Assembly (NCBI RefSeq): GCF_006345805.1
Contig: NC_042999.1
Location: forward strand, 163,990,001 to 164,054,000
DNA length: 64,000 nucleotides
Source: Octopus sinensis
Lineage: Eukaryota
Reading direction: 5' to 3'
A program made the translations under genes and the position numbers. The notes beneath the pieces are model-generated. The model was not told the origin of the DNA. It saw only the letters and a program-made list of their open reading frames with translations, and searched no databases. Shown here piece by piece: positions 53,450-64,000 of this stretch. Numbering within the stretch: the stretch's first letter is position 1; each line of letters starts with the position of its first letter.

Positions 53450-53890
53450 AAGTTCTCTGGTAATGACGTTATTTTCAGTGATGCCTCCAATTAAATTAGT
53501 GCAATGTCTAAGAATGCAGCGGATTTACGGACAAACGACGTTCCGCTCCCTTATTCAAACAAGTATACACTCAAGAATAGAAAAATAAAATGGTATAACC
53601 CTCCATTTAAACAACACGGCTTCATTGACGAGCAAAAAAGTCTTGTTTAATAGCTACATAATATTTCCTACTTAACTATAAATATGAGTTTATCGACAAA
53701 GGTTAGGTGAATGTATCATATTCCATCACGCTAACCATTATCGGATAACCATTATTTAATATCAAAGATAAATTATATTATTAGACTAATCCTCAAAAAT
53801 ATACATCCTAACATTATTAAGACAAGGAAGGATGTCTCATTGACATCAATATACATCCAAAGGAATTATTTATCGTGCCACTATAAAAAC
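53450..53890 (+). mobile_element. Penelope-like relic, right part (linker to GIY-YIG start)
   Basis: KFSGNDVIFSDAS, KNRKIKWYNPPF (WFNPP motif), KGIIYRATI. Confidence 0.65.
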
Positions 53891-53919
53891 CAATTAGGCC
53901 CTATTATACTGCTCAGCGC

Positions 53920-54470
53920 ATTAGACGCATTCAGTCGGCTTCTACTTTCGCATATCCATTCCACGTAATGTTGACTGTCTTCAAGTTATCTTGACATGTC
54001 CGCAGTCAACTGATCTTCGTCCCGCCTCTGTTATGCCTACCGTCAGATTGTGCCTAAGTCATATTTGTTTTCGAGTTCCTTTGATTAGCTAGACGAAGAA
54101 TGTGGCCAACCAGACGGAACCGGTATTCTGTCACAATCTCATGCAGTGTTCATGACTTCGCTCTTCTGAGAATCTCTTCAGTTTTTGACACGGTCACGCC
54201 CGTTGCTCCCCAGGACCTTTCTGGGGCACCCTTGAAGGAATATATTTAACTTTCTATCCGTCCTTAATGTGCTCTTCCAAGTTTCACTGGTTTAGTTTGC
54301 AGTAGGCAGAAAGATGGAGTTACATAGATGTAATTTCATACCAGATGGAACGCATACGCTGAGACGCCGCTGCCCATTTTCCAATCGTGTAAGTCTATAT
54401 CCTGTTCTATTAATACTGTCTCAAAATCCTACATTGGATTAACATCGGACTCAGTTAATATTCAACGTGC
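53920..54470 (-). mobile_element. RTE-type LINE RT C-terminal relic
   Basis: IGKWAAASQRMRSIW, LCNSIFLPTA..SETWKS, RFRLVGHILR, RG......RTCQDNL. Confidence 0.7.
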
Positions 54471-54840
54471 TTAACACTGTTGTTTATTCCGAAATCAACT
54501 TAAAGCTAACGCAAAGCTTTATCAGAATTTATCTGCAGCTTTCAAAATAATATAAACCTTGATAGAAATGGAAATTAACGTGACTCTCCAAACCGTATAG
54601 ACACTCCACCAAGCTATGTAATGTACTCGGACGTCTACGAGCTATTTTGTTCTCTAAAGTTTCTTTACTAAATAAACATCCGGTTTTTATCTTTACATCC
54701 TTTCACAAAATATATGAAATATTTTGAATTGTTAAAACATTTATCAAATAACGTTTAACACAGAAAGCAAAGTAAGGTAACACAAAACAACGCTAACCAT
54801 TATTCATACGTTAATACAAAATTATTTACTTTTAAATGTA

Positions 54841-54878
<38 letters not shown>

Positions 54879-55696
54879 GACTCAAATCTATATTCCTTTA
54901 TATCATATAAAAATTGTCGATCGTTGTGTTTAATAATTCAACGATCTGTTTTACGTAAGATATATGCAAATATAAACGTTTTTTAATAACAGTACGACAA
55001 GAAATCATAATATCCACTGATCCAGTTCTTTTGAATTTTTTTTATTATCTTACAGGAAATCTTATTACATTCATATAAGGAAAGAGCTAATAGCCATCAT
55101 ACCTAACTTTAATCTCAACGTCAATAATAAGCTTATTACTTAGCCCATACCCACTCACTATTCCACGACAAAGATAAACATTTTTCTGAGAGTAAAATAT
55201 ACGAAAAATGATAAAATATCTTTAAGAAAATATAGATTTTTAAAAAATACCTTTTAAAGAATATCTTAGACAAAGCGATTTTATAAACATAAATCCAATG
55301 AAATTGCGAGTACTTGAATATTTTCAAAAATACTTTAAACAATACAGTTGCATAAATATCGACTGAATAAAGTCACGAATGAAATCTAGCCAAAGCGAGA
55401 GGAAGTTACAACGAGACAACCTCCATTTTTTGCCTCATACGCCTCCAATACAGTTTTCTTCGTTTTCATAAGTTTTAACTTAAGAAAACTTAGTTCGTCA
55501 TTGTGAATAACCATTAACTGACAATCTCATCATTCATCGAATTGAAAGTTCTAAAATTCCTAATGCTCACTTACTTTCTAAGTTGTTTTTTTTTTACGAT
55601 CTCTTCTCTCATTTATTCATTCTTCGAACAGCGTCTCCTCTAAACATTTTTACCCCATTCCTCCTACAATCTTAAACCACTCTCCAGCTTCCTTGC

Positions 55697-56025
55697 TCTC
55701 TCCCTCTCTCTTTCTCACACACACAGACTCTCTCTCTCTCTCTCTTTTACTCTCTTCTTCTATCTCTCTCTCTCTCTCTCAGTCTCTCTCTGTTTCTCTG
55801 TCTCTGCCTGTCTGTCTCTGTCCGTCTGTCTGCCTATCTCTCTCTGCCTCTCTCTCGCTCTCCCTCTCTCTCCTCCCTCTCTATCTTACTTTATCCTGTC
55901 TTTCTCTTTCTTTCTGTTTCTGTTTCTGTCTGTATGTCTCTGTCTGTATGTCTGTCTCTCTCTCGCACTCTCTCACTCACCCTTTCTCTGTCTCCCTCTC
56001 TCTCTCTCTCCCCTCTCTCTCTCCA
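55697..56025. repeat. Degenerate (CT)n/(CTGT)n tract
   Basis: Read directly. Confidence 0.95.
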
Positions 56026-56234
56026 ATCCCATACACCTCTGTCAATTTGTAACTGAAGCAGTCAGTCGTATCAGTAATTCCGTAAATAAACACGCATAGA
56101 TAATCCTTTTTTTTTTACTCCAGGAACATTCCTTGTCTTGCCTTCAGCCCTCAACTCTCGGTGGTGTTGTTGGCGAGCCGTTGTGACACAAGCGTGTCTT
56201 CAAAGTTTTTAGACCTGCGGAGCTTATCTGGTAA

Positions 56235-56677
56235 TCTCTCTATATATAAACGGCAGTTTTTCTGTCTGTGTGTCTGTGTGTCTGTGTGTCTGTCAGGTTG
56301 TACCCTCACCCTGACCACGGCTTTCAACCGATTCTGATGAAACTTGACACACATATAGCCCAATGTCATAATTCTGACGCAGCGAAAATTTTGAAAAGTT
56401 CCCCCAGTTCTGAAAAAATCAGTAAATTCGACATGGGGGTCGAGAATCTAAGCTTTTTATATGCAACACATTTTCTGTCTAGGGGACACAACTCGACCTT
56501 TTTATCGCCCAAAGGGACAGCTAGGAACATCGTATACACAGAAGTATTCGAGTGAAGAGAAGACATTGCAACCTACACATGCGCCTTCGTTCCCTAGAGA
56601 GAAAGGACCCGATTGGGATTAGCCGTTGCCTACTAGGGGCTCTTACATACCCGGGCAATGCCGGACTATGCTGCTAG
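56235..56677 (+). mobile_element. Complete non-autonomous Helitron
   Basis: 5' TC, 3' hairpin ccgggcaatgccgg then CTAG; inserted between A and T with no TSD. Confidence 0.85.
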
Positions 56678-57409
56678 TATACAATAAAGTGAAATAAAAA
56701 CTTCGATTAACTGAAATTATACGAACAATGAGAAAACAAAAACTGCCGCTAGCTGTGCCTGGATTCTAAAAACAGCAAGAAAAACAGATGAGGCTAAGTT
56801 CAATTTTTTAGACAATATGGACAATACAAGTTGGAATGGATCTTTGAAGAGTAGCTCCAGTCCAATTTCCATTGCCTGTAATGTCTGAAAATTATAGGAG
56901 TTCCTTTCTTTCTTCTAATTCCTTGCATAATTTCAGTTGTATGACGTTTCTCAGCCTACTGTATATACGTACATATACATGCATACATAGGCACACAGAT
57001 ACATACACATATAAACATACATGTGTGTGTGCTTGCGGGCGAGTGTGTGTGTGTGTGTGTGGTGTGTGTGCGTGCGAGTGTGTGTATGTGTGCGTGCGTG
57101 TGTGTGTGTGTGTGTGGTGTGTGACCTTACCGTATTTTTATGCATACAGAAGGTAACGTTCGTCTGAGGTATCTTCCATTCGTCATATTTTTGAAATGTC
57201 TTTGCCAATTAAATTATAGGTAATTGTTATGCATACATAATTACATGCACAAACGCACATCTACAGTTACACACACACACACACACACATGATCACGTAC
57301 GCACGCGCACGCACACATGCACATATATATATGTACTTATATATGTACATGTATATGTACATATTCTTTTACTCTTTTACTTGTTTCAGTCATTTGATTG
57401 CGGCCATAT

Positions 57410-57488
<79 letters not shown>

Positions 57489-58924
57489 TATATATATATG
57501 CATATATACACACATACATGTATATGCCTATATATACAATATATAGCATATATACTATATATACTACCCTGAAAGACCACCTTAAAGTAATGTACCCCAT
57601 TACCCTCCTAAACAACACCACCCTACAAAAATGTTACCGATATCTATCTCTAAGTATGTTTGCCAAATTGGAGCACCAATGATTTTTTTTTTTACCGTTA
57701 TTCCTTCTTTTTCATTCGAGACATAATCGCACTCAGGAAAGCATGCAAACAAACACGCTCGCGCACCCATGTAACAAACCCATTGAAAGACAAATAAATA
57801 GTGATATAATTATTGGTATGTGTATGCATGTGCTTCTGTTCGTGTATGTGTATGCTATGAATGTGTATATGTGTGAGTGAGTGTGTGTGTGCGCGTGTGT
57901 GTGTGTTAAATTAAGTATAAATGTATATATTTGTGGAACCGATACATCTACAGCGCACTTCAGTGTTGGCATTGTGAAGTTTTGTACGAAAACACAAGCA
58001 ACATAGACACGTACACACTCTAATACAGAAACGTGCGTGCACACACACGAACGAGCTCAAGAGAAGAAGAGAAAGACATTTGTATATAGATTATATATAA
58101 CATTGAAATTCATACATACGCTTATGTGTTTGTACATATACATGTACGTAGGTGTGTTTATATATATATTCACACGCACGTACTTACAGGCGTTTATATA
58201 CTAATAATAGCACGCACAAGCACACACACGCTCACGCTCACACACCCAATCATACAAACACTCATACACAAACACTCGATTGCGAACAGTAATATTCTCT
58301 CATTCACACGCACACACACTACACATACAGACCAACATACTTATATATATATGTATATATATGTATATATATACACATACACACACTCAATCACAAATAC
58401 ATATACTCAACCACAAACGAACTCACACACACAAAGCTATATTGTTGAAGTTGTGCCAAAGTAGTTGGCACAACTTTGGTATTTTTAATCAAGTTCCACA
58501 ATAACAGATAGTTTGGTTCCCATCAGAAGTTTATTCGTGGTTTCTCACTAGATAACTCTAGAGTTTAAATCTATACATACAACACAGATACTTATAAAAA
58601 CTTGGCGGTAAGAGAAAAGCGTACAGGGGTATTGGTTATATAAGGGAAATAATATAAGTCGGTTGGGTGCGTAGAGGTGACTTAAGATGAGTGAATGCTT
58701 GAGGTATGTTCTCTAAACGTTACAAGTTTCAGAGAAGCTGTTTGTATTTCAGAAAAGAGCAGTTTATTTTAAATTATTTTTCTTCACAAACAAAACTGGA
58801 TGAAATTCGGCGGAGTTACTGATATGTTTTGGTGAACTGTTGACTACAGCAGATCGTTTCTCTCTACTGAAGATATCTCAATGGAGGGAACGATTCGCCG
58901 GGTGGGGGTTCATTATTTTATAGG

Positions 58925-59080
58925 TGCAGGCGGGGGAGTGTAGTAAAAAGCTTGCTTCCCCGCCACATGGTTCCGGGTTCAGTCCCACTACGTGATATTT
59001 GGGCGTTGTCTACTATAGTCTCGGGCCAACCAAAGTCTTGTAAGTGCATTTAGTAGACGGAAATTGAAAACCAGTCGTGT
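58925..59080 (+). mobile_element. 5' half of composite SINE
   Basis: ggttccgggttcagtcccactacgtg...gtagacggaaattgaaa. Confidence 0.75.
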
Positions 59081-59131
59081 ATGTGTGTGTGAGTGTGTAT
59101 GTGTGTGTGTGTATGTGTGTGAGTGTGTGTG

Positions 59132-59167
<36 letters not shown>

Positions 59168-59170
<3 letters not shown>

Positions 59171-59380
59171 AGGTGGTAGAAAGTTCCTGGTTTAAGGTTA
59201 ACGCGAAAGGCCTGCTTTGAAGCCTAAACTCCCGAATTATTTTACAGGCCTTAAAATTGCTGATGGACCGCTGCAGTCTGGGTGTGAATCTGAAAGGGAT
59301 ATGCTAAGTAAAATCATAATTAACTGATCCTCCTGTATTTTCTTTTACCTAAAGCCAGGAACTTTTCATCACACCCTCGT
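59168..59380. mobile_element. Mariner-derived MITE
   Basis: Imperfect TIRs gaaagttcctggtttaa / taaagccaggaacttttc; the interior resembles a mariner transposase C-terminus (DRC..CVNL.G.Y). Confidence 0.7.
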
Positions 59381-59381
59381 G

Positions 59382-59458
<77 letters not shown>

Positions 59459-59504
59459 ATATATGATATATATATTATATATATATATATATTATATATA
59501 TATA

Positions 59505-59548
<44 letters not shown>

Positions 59549-59579
59549 AAGAATTCACAATATATGTATATATATATAT

Positions 59580-59830
59580 TTGTTTAATGAGAGAGACGGA
59601 AGATAGAAGATGCGATGCGAGAATGTTTATTAATCACTACAATTGTTTTTGATCCATCTGGCATCGATCCCTCACGAGTGGGATGCTTAACAACTGGTTT
59701 AAGTGCATCCGTCGGTGTTGATGTTTTTTTTCAGGTGATAAGATGTATCTCGTTAAAACAACGTCTGTTCCGTAAGATAACTTCTGTTTGTGTGCAGGAA
59801 AGCAGCAAATTAAGGCGTACAGTTTCATGA
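59580..59830 (-). mobile_element. Penelope-like 3' end with a decayed hammerhead (59635-59680)
   Basis: cact c-gtga gg gatc...gatc AAAA caattg TA gtg; same ACAATTGT stem III as 38002-38089; ends in (TA)n. Confidence 0.45.
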
Positions 59831-60185
59831 TATATTATGTATGTGTGTGTGTGCGCACGCGCATGTGTAAATTATTAAGGTGGCTATTCTCAATTTACAA
59901 CCGTTATTAAAGTGACTGAGGGTGCTAGTCAGCATTGCTAGAAATAAGAGTAAAAGCAATTCTTAGCCACATGAGAGCACTTTTCTAACGACTGACAAGG
60001 GAAACAAGCTCCCTACGACAAGCGAGAGGGAGTCATATCATCAATGATTTCAGATTCGATTAATCTTCATCAATGACCCATTACTCCGTCGCCTAGGGTT
60101 AAAAACTTAACTCAAATCGTAAAGACGGACGAAATGCTGCTAAATATTTGTGTCGACGTGCTAACGATTCTACCAGCTCACCGCC

Positions 60186-60264
<79 letters not shown>

Positions 60265-60276
60265 TAAAAATAATAA

Positions 60277-60808
60277 TGGCTCTCATGGCTTCTGATCTTA
60301 ACTGATTGGAAGTGTTATCATGTACATTGTTTTGTCTTGGTATAAAAGATGGGTTACAGCAAATATTCTGCTCAATACCACAGACTTGCTTGTCAGTTGT
60401 TTGACCTTAACCAGTTGAGCATGTCCCTTAGTGGCTGACGATATGTGCATCTCTGATCACGAGCAGAAGTAGTGGGGGAGCATCATAGCCATGTGTTGAG
60501 AGGGATTCTTTGGGGTTTGAATAGTTCACCTCTGGAAACATGGGTGGTTCTTTCAACATCCTTAAACAACCCTTATTCAGGGATCTTTTGAGCGGGATGG
60601 GCTACTCAACCTGAAGAAAATTCTAACTGGGCCCCACCTGCAAGGTCATGTGCTGTTTATCTTGATATGAGATCACCATGTCGCGCACATATGGTTGTGA
60701 TGCATGTGCCTGGTGTACCCTTATCAGACGGGTAGTCATGATAGGTATATTGGGCTTCGTATATTTTACCCCAGTGTCACTTTGATGGCATGTACTGCTC
60801 TCTCACTC
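60277..60808 (+). mobile_element. (TAA)n-tailed retroposon 3' sequence, copy A
   Basis: Ends ctctctcactc plus (AAT)n; homologous to 61444-61777, 62477-62790 and 63657-64000. Confidence 0.85.
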
Positions 60809-60873
<65 letters not shown>

Positions 60874-60914
60874 TAATAACAATAATAATGATAATAATAA
60901 TAATAATAATAATG

Positions 60915-60970
<56 letters not shown>

Positions 60971-60984
60971 TAATAATAATAATA

Positions 60985-61258
60985 AAGCCCGAAAGGAAAA
61001 GCAAAGTCGACCTCGACGGAATTTAAACTCGCGACGGAAGAAATACTTATTTCTTTACTACCCACAAGGGGCTTAACACAGAGAAGACAAACAGTGACAG
61101 ACAAAGGGATTAAGTCGATTATATCGACCCCAGTGCGTAACTGGTACTTATTTAATCGACCCCGAAAGGATGAAAGGCAAAGTCGATCTCGGCGGAATTT
61201 GAACTCAGAACGTAAAGACCGCTAAGCATTTCGTCCAGCGTGCTAACGATTCTGCAGG
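60985..61258 (-). mobile_element. Meta-like SINE (nested pair) in (TAA)n
   Basis: cgaccccgaaaggatgaaaggcaaagtcga; ccacaaggggct tail. Confidence 0.8.
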
Positions 61259-61259
61259 C

Positions 61260-61297
<38 letters not shown>

Positions 61298-61341
61298 TAA
61301 TAATAATAATAATAATAATAACAATAATAACAATAATAATG

Positions 61342-61431
<90 letters not shown>

Positions 61432-61443
61432 TTAATAATAATA

Positions 61444-61777
61444 AGTGGGGAAGCATCATAGCCATGTGTTGAAAGGAATTTTTGGAGGTTTGGATAATTC
61501 ACCTTTGGGAACATGGGTGGTTCCTGCAACATCCTTAATCCTTATTCAAGGACCTTTTGAGTGGGATGGGCTACTCGACCAGAAGAAAATTCTAACTGGG
61601 CCTTACCTGTAAGGTCATGTGCTGTTTATCTTGATATGAGATCACCATGTCGCACACATATGGCTGTGATGCATGTGCCTAGTGTACCCTTATCAGACGG
61701 GTCGTCATGATGAGTATACAGGGCTTCATATATTTTACCCCATTGTCACTTTGATGGCATGCACTGCTCTCTCACTC
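61444..61777 (+). mobile_element. Same family, copy B (5'-truncated)
   Basis: Aligns to about 60470-60808. Confidence 0.85.
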
Positions 61778-62319
61778 AATAATAATAATAATAATAGTAA
61801 TAATAATAATAATAATAGTAATAAACGAAGTTCAACATACTATCGAGATTGTCATGTCTGATAATTCATCTATTTAGAATTTTCAGCTATAGATAATGCG
61901 TTCCCATTTGTACTAACACTAAGAAACAACTGAATGAATAAACGCTGGGGTGTGTCTATATATATGTGTGTGTGTGTGTGCGTCTACCCACCTACTTATA
62001 TACATACATGCATAACATATGTACGTATGTATGTATGTATGTATGTATGTATGTATGTATGCATGCATATGCGTGATGGCTTCTAGAAATCAAAGCATGC
62101 GTAGGGGAGAAATGGATTTTTCTTTAAAAATAGTTTCCCATGGCTTATCCGGCTTATTTTCGAAAGTCTTTTATAGAAGTCTTACTTTGATAACTTACTC
62201 CAATATTTATTTTTCTCTTAATTTAATTTATTTCTGTCTTTCGTCTTTTTCAGAGGGTTGATGCTTAGACTTTACAATGAAAAGCAGCATTTTGCTATTA
62301 TTAGTATTATTATTATTGC

Positions 62320-62356
<37 letters not shown>

Positions 62357-62358
62357 GT

Positions 62359-62408
<50 letters not shown>

Positions 62409-62476
62409 TTTATTGGTTTACAATGAAAACCAGCATTTTGCTATTATTATTATTATTATTATTTTTTTTTTTTTTT

Positions 62477-62790
62477 GAGTGAGAGAGCAGTACATGCCAT
62501 CAAAGTGTCACTGAGGTAAAATGTACGAAGCTCAGTATACCCATCATGAATACCCGTCTGATAAGGGTACACCAGGCACATGCATCACAACCATATGTGC
62601 GCGACATGGTGATCTCATATCAAGATAAACAGCACATGACCTTGCAGGTGGGTCCCAGTTAGAATTTTCTTCTGGTCGAGTAACCCATCCCGCTCAAAAG
62701 GTCCCTGAATAAGGGTTGTTTAAGGATGTTGAACGAAACACCCATGTTTCTAGAGTTGAATTATCCAAACCCCAAAGAATCCCTCTCAAC
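62477..62790 (-). mobile_element. Same family, copy C
   Basis: Reverse complement of about 60495-60808. Confidence 0.85.
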
Positions 62791-63610
62791 TATCATGCCT
62801 GTTGAGATACTCTGTAGGCAGGCATTGATTTTGGGCTGCTATGATAAACCCATTTGTTTCTGATTTTAAGCCAGAAGATATTAACCATTGATGGGTAAGG
62901 GCTTTGTCAACATCCTCATTATTAGTTCTCTTTGGGTATTTGCCATTGAGAGGTTTGTCTTGCTATTTATCAGTAAGAATATCTAAGGCAGCAGTTTTAG
63001 CACAGGTTTTCATACGCTTAGCTTTTTCTGTGCTTGTTTCTTGTGTGTCTAATTCTGGAATTTGTATTTGGAATTCACTTATATAATCCTTTGCCGGTTT
63101 TGTTACTGAGTATAATGCTTTCTTGTTTTCGTGTTTTGAGACAAGTTTTAACATTTAGTCTTCAGAGTTTTTCAGGTCGGTGTCTCGGCCAATTGTGGCA
63201 ATCTTCATTGTTATTGCCAGTTATAAAAGTCCACGGCCTCCCTCTTTTCTTGGCAGATAAAGTCATTCTATATCTGCCTTAGGGTGGTGTATTCTATGCA
63301 TTGTCAACAGTTTTCGTATTTTTCTGTCAAGATTACATATTTCAGTAATTGATCACTTAATGATATTGAAGCAGTAAGTCACGACAGGAATGGCTAAAGT
63401 ATTGATCGCTTCGATCCTGTTTCTTGCAATCTGGTCTGTCTTGAGCGTTGCCCTTACGCTGCGATAACATTCTCAAATTGCATCCTGATGTCATCACTGA
63501 ATTGTTTAACAATTGCTAGTTGTTGGTCATTTTCGCAAAGAGCTTTAGATTATCCTTATAATAGATTAGATTTGCTTCTGAATGGGGTGTCCGGTGTAGC
63601 ACATCCATGT
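62791..63610 (-). mobile_element. R4/Dong-clade RT relic with internal deletions
   Basis: YKDNLKLFAKND..IVKQFSDDIRMQF; IEAINTLAIPVVTY; LDRKIRKLLTMHRIHHPKADIE.LYLPRKEGGRGL; GFIIAAQNQCLPT fused to EYLNRHD. Confidence 0.88.
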
Positions 63611-63656
63611 TGTTATTCAGCGCGGGGCTATCCTCCTTACTATTATTATTATTATT

Positions 63657-64000
63657 GAGTGAGAGAGCAGTTCATGCCATCAAAGTGACACTGGGTTAAA
63701 ATATACGAAGCCCAATATACCCATCATGACTACCCGTCTGATAAAGGTACACCAGGCACATGCATCACAACCATATGTGCGCGGCATGGTGATCTCATAT
63801 CAAGATAAACAGCACATGACCTTGCAGGTGGGGCCCAGTTAGAATTTTCTTCAGGTTGAGTAGCCCATCCCGCTCAAACGGTCCCTGAATAAGGGTTGTT
63901 TAAGGATGTTGAAAGAACCACCCATGGCTATGATGCTCCCCCCACTACTTCTGCTCGTGATCAGAGATGCACATATCGTCAGCCACTAAGGGACATGCTC
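63657..64000 (-). mobile_element. Same family, copy D, runs off the window
   Basis: Reverse complement of about 60420-60808 with a ~50-bp deletion at a catg microhomology. Confidence 0.85.

Noticed and set aside
60611-60640. CTGAAGA in the (TAA)n-tailed family
   Set aside because: No stem II or GAAA follows, and copy B reads CAGAAGA.
62270-62450. ~30-bp direct repeat flanking (TTA)/(GTA) arrays
   Set aside because: Best explained as slippage-associated local duplication.

Overview
Eukaryotic, AT-rich, repeat-saturated DNA, most likely an octopus (coleoid cephalopod) intron or intergenic region. The taxon is inferred from my recognition of the tRNA-derived SINE families, not from a database search. 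I can support no host protein-coding exon, and most ORFs in the track are translated microsatellites. The real content is decayed mobile elements. These are Penelope-like elements (RT and GIY-YIG relics), R4/Dong-type RLE LINEs, RTE LINEs, Tx1/L1-clade LINEs, an internally deleted Gypsy LTR element, a mariner fragment and MITE, Helitron Rep and non-autonomous Helitrons, and many SINEs. The most notable signal is a high density of type I hammerhead ribozyme motifs. Two have a fully intact core: 19974-20016 (minus), inside a 268-bp terminally redundant retrozyme-like unit, and 38002-38089 (plus), with a very long stem II. A GC-rich palindrome at 19426-19598 carries a hammerhead in each arm, facing apart. 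Other structures are a Tx1 insertion with a 17-bp target-site duplication, a three-level Penelope/R4/Gypsy nest, a near-perfect inverted repeat with ~340-bp arms, and four nested-inverted copies of a (TAA)n-associated repeat. All folding and identity figures were done by eye.
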